From positions 1 to 15,249 of the forward strand of contig JAWXBZ010000108.1 of assembly GCA_034440375.1 (NCBI GenBank): a DNA stretch of 15,249 nt. Reading direction: 5' to 3'. Position numbers and translations under genes: made by a program. The notes beneath the pieces were generated by a model that saw only the letters and a list, made by a program, of their open reading frames with translations, did no database searches and had not been told where the DNA came from. The DNA comes from Candidatus Eiseniibacteriota bacterium. GTDB taxonomy: Bacteria > Eisenbacteria > RBG-16-71-46 > JABDJR01 > JAWXBZ01. Of this stretch, positions 7,929 to 15,249 are shown piece by piece (positions within the stretch are counted from its first letter, which is position 1; every line of letters begins with the position of its first letter).

Positions 7929-9740
7929 CTAATTCCCCACCAGCTCCTCGAACGCGTCCACATACTCCGCCAGCACCCCGAATGCCCGGTCCACCGGTTC
8001 CGATTGGGTCATGTCGACGCCGGCCCGCTTCAGCGCCTCGATCGGCGGCAGGCTGCCGCCGGCCGAAAGGAATTCGAGATAGGACTCGCGGGCACCGGTC
8101 TCGCCGGCCATGACGCGGGTGGCCAGGGCCTGGGCCGCGGCGATTCCGGTGGCATAAGTGAATACGTAGAAGTTCAGGTACATGTGGATCGGGAATTGTG
8201 CCCAGGTGATGCCGACGCGGTCCCGATCGATTTCCACGTCGGGCCCGAACGCCTCGCCGAAGTAACCTGACATCAGCTGGATCAGTTCATCCGTGCCGAC
8301 TCCCTGCCCCCTTTCCAGGCGCGAGTGGACCTCGAACTCGAATCGGGCCAGCGCCGGCATCAGGAACAGGTAGCGGTGGAGGTTGGCCATCGCCTCCTCC
8401 AGGATGGCCATCCGCATGGCCGGGTCTTTTTGTGTGTCGAGCAGATGCTTGCGGACCAGCGCCTGGTTGAAATTGCTGGCCACCTCCGCCACGAACTCGG
8501 TGTAATCGCAATAGGCCGGCGGCTGCGTCTTCCACGCCATCCAGGAATGCATCGAGTGGCCGATCTCGTGGGCCAGCGTCGAGAGGCCGAAGACATCGTT
8601 GTTGTAGGTCATGAAAATGAACGGATGAGTTCCGGGCTGGCCGCCGGAATAGGCGCCTCCCCGCTTGTTCTGGTTCGGCCGCCAATCGACCCAGCGCTCC
8701 TCGAAGATGCCGCGACGAAACGTACTCACGTACTCCTCGCCCAGCGGGGCCATGCCGTCACAGATCCAGTTGACCGACTTCTTCCAGTCGATGCCGGGTC
8801 GATCGCCGCCGATCGGCGCGGCCACATCGCACGGACGGAAGACATCCAGTTTCAGCGCCCGCTTCTTGATGGCCCAGTAGCGATGCCAGGTCGGAAGGTT
8901 CTTGCGATAGGCCGCGATCAGGTTGTGATACACCGCCACGGGCACTTCGCGGGGCTTCAAGCTGGCCTCGAGGGCGGACTCATATCGCCGCGCCCGTGAG
9001 ATGAAGACATTCTGACGCGCACCGGTCAGGAAGCAATCGGCGAACGTGTTGCGCAAGCCCAGGTAGCCGTCGGCATAGTTTTCCCAGGCAGAGCGACGCA
9101 GGGTGGCGTCGGCATCGGACAGGAGCATTCCGATTGATCCCTGCCCGATCGTGACGGGCTTGCCGGCCGAGGTGCACGCCGGGGCAAAGGTGAGATCGGC
9201 GTCGGATGCGGTGCCATGAACTCGGGTGGCGCTCTGGAACGGATCGGAGATGGCGCCCAGCAGTTCCTCGACATCAGAGGAACGAATATGAGGTTGACGA
9301 TCAAATACCCGGCGCGCCCACATCTCATAAAAGTGGAGTTTCGGCGTGGCGGCAATCCACCCGAGCACCGTGTCCCGGCCCAGAGCCAGAACCTCGGGCT
9401 CCGCAAAGGCCACCGCTTCGAGCATGCGCGCCCGAAGGCCCGCGCCCCGGTCATTGCGCTGCCGCCAGGAGGGATCGGCGGAATCGACATGATGCCCCAT
9501 CTGCCCATACACCGCCGCCCGCTCCACCCGCATCCGCAGCGCCCAGCTCTCCGCAAGCCACGCGGCCAGCACTTCCGGGCCTTCGCCGAGGCGCCCACTC
9601 CAGGCCCCGAGGGCATCCAGCGCGCCGGGCAGCGTGGCCACTTCGGCTTCCCACGCGGCCTCCGTGGGAAAAATGCTTTCCAGGTTCCAGCGGTCCGAGT
9701 CGGGTATCTCCGCTCGCGGCGGCGGGGCGGCGACGTTCAT
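7929..9740 (-). CDS. pepF: Oligoendopeptidase F (peptidase M3B), 603 aa
   Basis: GGAGG lies 5 nt before ATG 9740. N-terminal RAEIPDSDRWNLESIF; RWVD..PNQNKRGGAYS; Zn motif TLAHEIGHSMHS; FVAEVASNFN; HMYLNFYVFTYATG; GGS..PIEALKRAGVDM. Confidence 0.94.
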   Translation of the reverse strand: MNVAAPPPRAEIPDSDRWNLESIFPTEAAWEAEVATLPGALDALGAWSGRLGEGPEVLAAWLAESWALRMRVERAAVYGQMGHHVDSADPSWRQRNDRGAGLRARMLEAVAFAEPEVLALGRDTVLGWIAATPKLHFYEMWARRVFDRQPHIRSSDVEELLGAISDPFQSATRVHGTASDADLTFAPACTSAGKPVTIGQGSIGMLLSDADATLRRSAWENYADGYLGLRNTFADCFLTGARQNVFISRARRYESALEASLKPREVPVAVYHNLIAAYRKNLPTWHRYWAIKKRALKLDVFRPCDVAAPIGGDRPGIDWKKSVNWICDGMAPLGEEYVSTFRRGIFEERWVDWRPNQNKRGGAYSGGQPGTHPFIFMTYNNDVFGLSTLAHEIGHSMHSWMAWKTQPPAYCDYTEFVAEVASNFNQALVRKHLLDTQKDPAMRMAILEEAMANLHRYLFLMPALARFEFEVHSRLERGQGVGTDELIQLMSGYFGEAFGPDVEIDRDRVGITWAQFPIHMYLNFYVFTYATGIAAAQALATRVMAGETGARESYLEFLSAGGSLPPIEALKRAGVDMTQSEPVDRAFGVLAEYVDAFEELVGN

Positions 9741-9781
9741 GTGGACCTCCGGGTGGTGGTTCTCCTGCGGTTCGAGGGGGC

Positions 9782-9810
9782 ATTGTAGGTGATAGACTCG
9801 ACCCCGTGAA
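9782..9810 (-). promoter_or_regulatory. Putative sigma70-type promoter for pepF
   Basis: On the minus strand, TTCACG (9810-9805), a 17-nt spacer, then TACAAT (9787-9782), about 40 nt upstream of ATG 9740. This also argues against the track start at 9866. Confidence 0.5.
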
Positions 9811-9858
9811 CCTGGACTCGGCTTCGATGCTTGGAACCCGCCGTGCGCGGGAATTGCG

Positions 9859-10968
9859 ATGAGCACCGTCGAACCGCGAATTCAGGGTGAGGCCATTCAT
9901 TATCGGCTCTTTGAGGTCGGCTACGAGATCCAGCTCGACCACGCCGCCGAACTCCTGGCGTCGAACGCCCCGGAACGATTGCGGCCCCTGCGGGGCGAGG
10001 CCCAGGCCATCCAGATCGCGAATCCGCCGGTCACAGTCCTCCTCGGCAACGAAACCATCGTGGTGGATGGCCGGCCACGTCCGGCGGAGCTCTCGGCGCG
10101 CCTGTTCGATTTCGGCGTGGTGTCGCTGCGCGTACGGATCACGGCTCCGGCCGGAACTACCTGGGAGGAGTTTGCCGGGTTCGGCGAGGCCCTGCCTCCG
10201 GCGGAGGCCGATGCCCTGTTCGAGTCCTGGCGCGATCGACTGCTCGCGCGGATCCATGCCGCGATCACCCGGCCCAGCCGCAGCACGATCACCGAGGAGT
10301 ACACCATTTTCCGGGTGAATCGGCTCGAAGACGCCGCCGGGAATCCGTTCCAGCCGGACAAACTCGACGAACACGACCTCGCGCGATTGCTGCTGGGAGA
10401 GCGGAGGCCCCTCTGCCCGACGGCGCGGAAGGAGCTGATCTCGCCGCGGCTCTCCTACTTCGCCGACGACCTGACGGTCCTCACCTGGAGTGCCGGGCTC
10501 GTCGTGGAGCCGGCCATCGAGAACACCGACGTGCAGTATGTCCTCGAGTTCGCCAACGCCCAGCTTCTCGAGTTGCGGCACTACGACCATCTGCTCGACC
10601 AGGAACTGCCGCGGATCTACGGCGATGTTGTCGGGGCACGGCGGGCCTTCAAGATGCTGGGTCGCCGTTTCGGGCGTCTGCTCGGCAACATCCAGACCCG
10701 GGTGGCGGACGTGACGGAGTCGGTCGAGCGTGTCGAGAACTCATTGAAGGTGACCGACGACGTGTTCCTGGCCCGTGTGTACACGACCGCGCTCGACATC
10801 TTCCGCGGTCCCATCTGGCGGCGCGGTATCGACCGTAAAATGGGCCTCGTCCGGGATACCTACACGATGCTGAACGCCGAATCGCAGGCCCTGCGCACCG
10901 AGATCATGGAGTTGACCATCATCGGCTTGATCGCGCTGGAGATCGTGCTGGCCCTGTGGCGGGATTGA
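9859..10968 (+). CDS. RMD1/DUF155-like protein with a C-terminal membrane anchor (369 aa)
   Basis: Long ORF with GC3-rich codons. YRLFEVGYEIQL, RLFDFGVVSL, LEFANAQLLELRHYD, a long helical region, and a terminal MELTIIGLIALEIVLAL helix matching the E-x-x-II-x-LI-x-x-EI ending of RMD1/DUF155 proteins. Confidence 0.65.
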   Translation: MSTVEPRIQGEAIHYRLFEVGYEIQLDHAAELLASNAPERLRPLRGEAQAIQIANPPVTVLLGNETIVVDGRPRPAELSARLFDFGVVSLRVRITAPAGTTWEEFAGFGEALPPAEADALFESWRDRLLARIHAAITRPSRSTITEEYTIFRVNRLEDAAGNPFQPDKLDEHDLARLLLGERRPLCPTARKELISPRLSYFADDLTVLTWSAGLVVEPAIENTDVQYVLEFANAQLLELRHYDHLLDQELPRIYGDVVGARRAFKMLGRRFGRLLGNIQTRVADVTESVERVENSLKVTDDVFLARVYTTALDIFRGPIWRRGIDRKMGLVRDTYTMLNAESQALRTEIMELTIIGLIALEIVLALWRD

Positions 10969-10973
10969 CGAAC

Positions 10974-10991
10974 CGCCCGGTAGCCGGGGCG
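10974..10991. terminator. GC-rich hairpin between convergent genes; possible bidirectional terminator
   Basis: CCCGG-TAG-CCGGG core (10976-10988), extendable with one bulge, in the 31-nt gap between the stops at 10968 and 11000. No U-tract. Confidence 0.3.
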
Positions 10992-10999
10992 CGCCGCCC

Positions 11000-12103
11000 T
11001 CAAACGCTGAATTTGAAGTGCAGCACATCCCCATCGGCCACGACGTAGTCCTTCCCCTCGATCCGGTACAGCCCCTTCTCGCGCGCCGCGGCCACCGAGC
11101 CGCATTCCAGCAGGTCCTTGTACGACACGGTTTCGGCCTTGATGAAGCCGCGCTCGAAGTCCGAGTGGATGACGCCCGCCGCCCTGGGGGCGGTGTCACC
11201 GGCGTGGATGGTCCAGGCACGGACTTCCTTTTCGCCGGCGGTGAAGTAGGTCGAGAGGCCCAGCAGGTGATAGGTGGAGCGGATCAGCGCGCCGATGCCG
11301 CTCTCCTCCACACCCAGCTCTCTCAGGAACGCCTCGGCTTCTTCCGGCTCAAGATCGACCAGGTCACTCTCGATCTGGGCGCTGATGACGACCGCCTCGC
11401 AATCCATGTGGGTCCGCACGTAGTCGCGCACCTTCATCACATGGGGATTCGTGTCGGCCGTGGCCAGATCGGATTCGCGTACGTTGCAGGCGAAGATGGT
11501 TCGCTTGTCCGACAGGAGGAAGAACGGCAGCGACACGGCGCGTTCCTCGGGAGTCAGCTCCACGGTCAGCGCGGGTCGACCGGCCTCCAGGGACGTTTCG
11601 ATCCGGGCCAGCACGGAATCCTCGGCCACCGCGGTCTTGTCGCCTTTCTTGATGTCGCGGCCGAGTCGCTCACGTCGCTTCTGAACGGACTCGAGATCCG
11701 CCAGCATCAATTCGGTGTTGATGATCTCGATGTCACGCACCGGATCGATGGTTCCGGTCACGTGGTGGATGTCCTCGTCCTCGAAACAACGAACCACCTG
11801 GACGATGGCATCCACTTCACGGATGTGGGTCAAAAACTTGTTGCCCAACCCCTCACCCTGGCTGGCCCCCTTGACCAGGCCCGCGATATCGACAAACTCG
11901 ACCGCGGCCGGAATGACGACATTGGTCCTGGCGATCCGCTGCAGTTCAGCCAGCCGTGAGTCCGGCACCGTGACGATGCCCACGTTGGGGTCAATCGTGC
12001 AGAACGGATAATTGGCCGCCTGCGCCTTGCGGGTGCGGGTGACGGCATTGAACAAGGTGGACTTGCCCACGTTCGGAAGTCCGACGATTCCAGCTCTCAA
12101 CAT
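11000..12103 (-). CDS. ychF: Ribosome-binding Obg-family ATPase YchF
   Basis: [48 protein letters not shown], an NxxE-type G4 (NVRE), [33 protein letters not shown] and a TGS C-terminus. Confidence 0.98.
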   Translation of the reverse strand: MLRAGIVGLPNVGKSTLFNAVTRTRKAQAANYPFCTIDPNVGIVTVPDSRLAELQRIARTNVVIPAAVEFVDIAGLVKGASQGEGLGNKFLTHIREVDAIVQVVRCFEDEDIHHVTGTIDPVRDIEIINTELMLADLESVQKRRERLGRDIKKGDKTAVAEDSVLARIETSLEAGRPALTVELTPEERAVSLPFFLLSDKRTIFACNVRESDLATADTNPHVMKVRDYVRTHMDCEAVVISAQIESDLVDLEPEEAEAFLRELGVEESGIGALIRSTYHLLGLSTYFTAGEKEVRAWTIHAGDTAPRAAGVIHSDFERGFIKAETVSYKDLLECGSVAAAREKGLYRIEGKDYVVADGDVLHFKFSV

Positions 12104-12178
12104 GGTGGTATGAGCCTCGTTGGGTGATTCATGGATAAGGAAACGCGCGGGCCCGGCGGGAATCTCAAGATACGATGA

Positions 12179-12265
12179 CTGGAAGCCCCATTTGTACCCC
12201 CAAAAGCGTGTCAGCTTACCGGGCTTTTGTCGACAACGCCAGAGGGCACCGCCGCTGGAAGCCCC
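12179..12265. repeat. 11-bp direct repeat CTGGAAGCCCC (12179-12189 and 12255-12265) in the intergenic region between ychF and the pspA operon
   Basis: Two identical 11-mers whose starts are 76 nt apart. GGGCTT at 12221-12226 is a partial inverted copy between them. Confidence 0.6.
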
Positions 12266-12299
12266 TAAACTTCCGGGTGACCGGGGCGTAGGCGCTCAG

Positions 12300-12341
12300 G
12301 GGCATCCAAGCTGCTACAATCCCGCGCGAACTCCATGGAGG
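12300..12341 (+). promoter_or_regulatory. Putative promoter and RBS of the pspA-like operon
   Basis: Extended -10 TGCTACAAT at 12312-12320 overlaps a sigma54-like GG-N10-GC element, GGGCATCCAAGCTGCT (12300-12315). GGAGG at 12337-12341 precedes ATG 12352. Confidence 0.5.
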
Positions 12342-12351
12342 GAATCGTCTG

Positions 12352-13023
12352 ATGGCGAAGAAGTGGTACGACTTTTTCGTCGTGACCGACCGCGCGGAAA
12401 CGACGGCCGCACCGAAGGGGCCGCCGGGCCCGGAAGCGCCATCGCCCCCCCGGCGGGCCGTCGACCTGGTGACCGATGCGGCCGCGGAAACGACCTTCGA
12501 CGGGCCGGTTACGGACTCGGTCGGGTTCGACGAAATCTACACGGCGGCGCGCATCGCCCTGCCGCCACACGGCTATACGATCCTGAAGGTGGCTGAGATG
12601 CTGGGGAGTGAACATCTCCGCGAGTTGCCGCCCGATGTGAAGAAGAAATCGATCCTCGTGGCACTCGACGCCGCGGGGGTGTCGGTGGACGGCATCGTGG
12701 AGGATGCCGTGCAGCGCGACAGGGCCCTGGATACGTACGAACGCCTGCTCCAGAAAAATCTGGACGAGCTGCGGATCACTCACGAAGGGGACAACCGCCG
12801 GATCGAGGCGGAGATCGAGAGCCGCCTTGCGGAATTGCGGGCGCAGCTCGAGGCCAATCGTGGAAAGCTCCGTGACGAAAAGAGCCGACTTGACGAATGG
12901 CGCGCCAGGAAGCGCGTGGAGGAAGCCGGGATTGCGGAGGCCGTGAGCTATTTCGTGACGGAGAATCCCGTTTCGACGACCGACCAACACCCTACCCACA
13001 CTGGAGGCGATCATGTTCGCTAG
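12352..13023 (+). CDS. Hypothetical helical/coiled-coil protein (223 aa), first gene of the pspA-like operon
   Basis: RBS present and GC3-rich codons. Aromatic-basic N-terminus (MAKKWYDFFVV), Pro-rich linker, globular core (FDEIY..ARI...GYTILKVAEML...ILVALDAAGV) and a long E/R/L heptad region. Overlaps the next gene by 11 nt. Confidence 0.85.
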   Translation: MAKKWYDFFVVTDRAETTAAPKGPPGPEAPSPPRRAVDLVTDAAAETTFDGPVTDSVGFDEIYTAARIALPPHGYTILKVAEMLGSEHLRELPPDVKKKSILVALDAAGVSVDGIVEDAVQRDRALDTYERLLQKNLDELRITHEGDNRRIEAEIESRLAELRAQLEANRGKLRDEKSRLDEWRARKRVEEAGIAEAVSYFVTENPVSTTDQHPTHTGGDHVR

Positions 13024-13759
13024 GCTTTCCCGATTATTTCGCGCCTGGATGGGGTTCTTTATCTCGAAGGCGGAAGACGCGGAAATCATGCTCCAGGACG
13101 CCATCGAGGAGATGCGAACCACCATGCCGAGGCTGAACGCGGTGCTCGTGGCGACAAGGGCCACGGTGCTGCGCCTCGAAGAGGAACGGGATTCGCTGGT
13201 CCGGCAGGATCAGAACCTGTCCGCCTCGATCCAGGCCGCCCTGCGGGACGGTTCGGCGGCGGCGCGCAGCGTGGCCGAAGAGGACGCCTTCCAGCTTCAG
13301 CAACTCCGGGCGGACCTGAAGAGCACCCAGGATCAGCTCCTCGCGGCAACCAACGCCCACGACTCGGCCAGTGTTTCCGTCGAGGCCCTGAAGACCAAGC
13401 TGAAGGCCAAGATCGAAACGTGCCAGAAGGCGCTGAGGGAGCGCCAGAAGTCGCTCGTGATGAAGAAAGCCGCCGACGCCATCGTCGAGCTTCAGACGTA
13501 CGGGGTGGCCGCAACGGCCGACAAGTTCCTCGAGCAGATCAAGCAGGAAGCGGCGGAATCGAAGGCCGCCGTCGAGGTCGCCACCGGATCGATCGACATG
13601 GCCACGATCGAACGCGAACGGACATCCCGGAAGCTGAAGGCGGCCGGAATCCTGCACCAGTTCGAGGTGGAGATGGGCCTGGCGAAGCCCACGGCGATCA
13701 GCGAAACGCCCGCGGCGCCGACGGTCGGCCCCCGCACCGCCGAAAAGCAGGGCTCATAG
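13013..13759 (+). CDS. pspA: PspA/IM30 (Vipp1, ESCRT-III superfamily) protein, 248 aa
   Basis: GGAGG at 13003-13007. Amphipathic N-helix MFARLSRLFRAWMGFFISKAEDAEIML.DAIEEM (compare PspA F.R...EDP..ML...I.EM), helical hairpin turning at AALRDG...A, then FLEQIKQEAAESKA, C-terminal helix ILHQFEVEMGL and a flexible tail. Confidence 0.88.
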   Translation: MFARLSRLFRAWMGFFISKAEDAEIMLQDAIEEMRTTMPRLNAVLVATRATVLRLEEERDSLVRQDQNLSASIQAALRDGSAAARSVAEEDAFQLQQLRADLKSTQDQLLAATNAHDSASVSVEALKTKLKAKIETCQKALRERQKSLVMKKAADAIVELQTYGVAATADKFLEQIKQEAAESKAAVEVATGSIDMATIERERTSRKLKAAGILHQFEVEMGLAKPTAISETPAAPTVGPRTAEKQGS

Positions 13760-13766
13760 CGCCCCG

Positions 13767-14660
13767 ATGTCGCCAGACCGGGATCAGGATGACGAGTCGG
13801 CCGGTTCGATTCTCCGCGAGCTGATTCTCAACCAGTACCAGGCCATCGTCCTGGCCGGCACGACGCTGGCCTCGGTCCTGACTCTGAATCCGATGCCGCT
13901 GCTTCTGTGGCTTGGTTCGGAACTCGTTTTGCTTCCGATCCTGGATTCCGGACCACTCCGCCGTCTCGTCTCCCGACGACGCCGCGAGAGGGCCCGCCGC
14001 GGCTCACAGTCCCGCCGGAAGCAGCTGATCGCCTCGTTCGGTCCCGACTACGCCCGGCGGTTCGCCGCCATGGAGGGAGTCTGCCGTCAGATCGAATCGA
14101 ACTACCAGGGGCTGCACGGAATTTCCCGGGCCTACCTGTCCGAACAGCGCGGCAAGCTCGATCTGATCCTGGACAGTTGCCTGCAACGAATGTCGGCCCT
14201 GCAGCGCTACGAGCGGACGCTGACCAAACGGGCTCCCGACCGGATCGAATCGGAGATCGTCGGATTGGGACAGGAACTGGCTGAGCCTGGGCTTAACGAA
14301 CGGGCGCGGACGGCCATCGGAAAAAATCTCGAGCTCAAGAAGCGCCTCCTCCAGTCCTACGCGGAGGCCGAGGGAACGATGAGGGCGCTCTCGACCGAAC
14401 TGGACTCGATGGCTTCGCTCCTGGAGGTGCTGCTCCAGAGTTCCCTTTCGATGCGCGATCCGACAGCCATCTCGGAGGAACTGGACACGATCGTGCGCCA
14501 GTCGGAAGATTCCGGGCGTGTCGTCCGCGAGATGGAAACGCTGCTGCGTGAGGGCGTGACCGACTGGGAGGTCGATGCGCCGGAACACGAGGCCGGGCCG
14601 GCAACTCCCGGCAAAACAGCCGCCGCCGACCGGGCGCGGCGGAAGGTGACGGAGCGTTGA
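13767..14660 (+). CDS. Hypothetical membrane-anchored coiled-coil protein (297 aa)
   Basis: Starts 7 nt after the pspA stop. N-terminal hydrophobic hairpin (AIVLAGTTLASVLTL-NPMP-LLLWLGSELVLLPIL), a strongly Arg-rich juxtamembrane segment (RRLVSRRRRERARRGSQSRRK), then long amphipathic helices. Confidence 0.85.
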   Translation: MSPDRDQDDESAGSILRELILNQYQAIVLAGTTLASVLTLNPMPLLLWLGSELVLLPILDSGPLRRLVSRRRRERARRGSQSRRKQLIASFGPDYARRFAAMEGVCRQIESNYQGLHGISRAYLSEQRGKLDLILDSCLQRMSALQRYERTLTKRAPDRIESEIVGLGQELAEPGLNERARTAIGKNLELKKRLLQSYAEAEGTMRALSTELDSMASLLEVLLQSSLSMRDPTAISEELDTIVRQSEDSGRVVREMETLLREGVTDWEVDAPEHEAGPATPGKTAAADRARRKVTER

Positions 14661-15249
14661 GCGATCCGATCGACGGTTACCCGGACTGGGCCAGGAAACT
14701 GGCACACGGCATCCGCGCGCGGCTGGGCAATGCCTTCATCCTTCACGGCAATACGCACGACCTCGTGGCGGCGCCCCCGTCCGACGCGACATCCGGCGCG
14801 CCGCGCTTCGTGCCGCTGACCGGCTTCCTGGCCGAGCAGGTCTTCGGTCGGCGTGACGTCGTCATCGAGTACCAGCGCGCCAACGGGGCCGTGTTTCACA
14901 CCCGCGAATCGCACCGGCTCTTTAACGAGTGCCTCTCCTCGGTTGATGCCGTTCACGGCACGGACTACGCCCGGTCGATGCCGAGGGATCCGGCCACGTT
15001 CTGCTCGTTGCTCGACTCGTTCCTGAAGCAGATCGTCCATCGCGAGGCACCCCCCGGCGTGGCGGTACTCTTTCCATGGGCCGAGACGCTCCTGCCGGAA
15101 TCAGCCGGCGAGGCAGGCGCCGAAGACCGGGCGGTGCGGGTCTTCTTTCAGAAATGGTCCACCGATCCCAGCCTCCTCGCCGCCAATGTCACGTTTGTCC
15201 TGATGACCGAGAACCTGGCGGACCTGAGCACGCGCATGGTCCGCTCGCC
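14657..15249 (+). CDS. Probable AAA+ ATPase, N-terminal degenerate AAA-like domain; continues beyond the window
   Basis: Absent from the ORF track. TTG 14657 overlaps the upstream TGA (TTGA), with AAGGTGA at 14643-14649. The frame is open for 197 codons to the edge: MSDPIDGYPDWARKLAHGIRARLGNAFILHGNTHDLV...FLAEQVFGRRDVVIEYQRANG...MPRDP...GVAVLFPWAETLLP...EDRAVRVFFQKWSTDPSLLAANVTFVLMTENLADLSTRMVRS. The pattern resembles the inactive N-terminal domain of tandem bacterial AAA ATPases. Intact Walker motifs are not in the window. Confidence 0.72.
   Translation, partial: MSDPIDGYPDWARKLAHGIRARLGNAFILHGNTHDLVAAPPSDATSGAPRFVPLTGFLAEQVFGRRDVVIEYQRANGAVFHTRESHRLFNECLSSVDAVHGTDYARSMPRDPATFCSLLDSFLKQIVHREAPPGVAVLFPWAETLLPESAGEAGAEDRAVRVFFQKWSTDPSLLAANVTFVLMTENLADLSTRMVRS

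Noticed and set aside
1-9740. Proline/peptide catabolic cluster (pip, cyclodeaminase, pepF)
   Set aside because: The genes are non-adjacent and in separate transcription units, and the cyclodeaminase-family substrate cannot be determined from sequence.
6052-13759. ATP-grasp, spermidine-synthase-like and PspA genes as one known-type polyamine/Psp system
   Set aside because: They are about 5 kb apart and separated by oppositely oriented housekeeping genes. The ligase is not of the glutathionylspermidine-synthase type associated with such contexts.
9451-14705. Long antisense ORFs (9451..10590, 11018..11959, 12265..13164, 13034..13657, 14004..14705)
   Set aside because: These are typical stop-poor shadows of real genes in high-GC DNA, with no recognisable motifs.
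1-15249. tRNA, rRNA, CRISPR, IS or prophage elements
   Set aside because: I saw no cloverleaf or rRNA signatures, repeat-spacer arrays, transposase/integrase genes or terminal repeats, and nearly all of the sequence is explained by CDS.

Overview
High-GC bacterial chromosomal window, densely coding, with 14 supportable CDS. Two of them are cut by the window edges and missing from the ORF track. Left to right: proline iminopeptidase (-, 3' end cut), a probable ZU5-like lipoprotein (+), a Hanks-type Ser/Thr kinase with TolB-like and TPR domains (-), an ornithine cyclodeaminase/mu-crystallin-family gene (-), a translationally coupled trio (RluA-family pseudouridine synthase, ATP-grasp ligase, spermidine-synthase-like SAM protein; +), oligoendopeptidase F (-), an RMD1/DUF155-like protein (+) and ychF (-). 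The most interesting part is the tightly coupled operon starting at 12352: an unknown helical protein, a PspA/IM30 (ESCRT-III superfamily) protein, a 2-TM coiled-coil protein, and the N-terminus of a probable AAA+ ATPase running off the window. I infer this could be a bacterial ESCRT-III/AAA membrane-remodelling module, but the ATPase catalytic motifs are outside the window. I found no RNA genes, CRISPR arrays or mobile elements. All family calls come from motif recognition by eye, not database searches.
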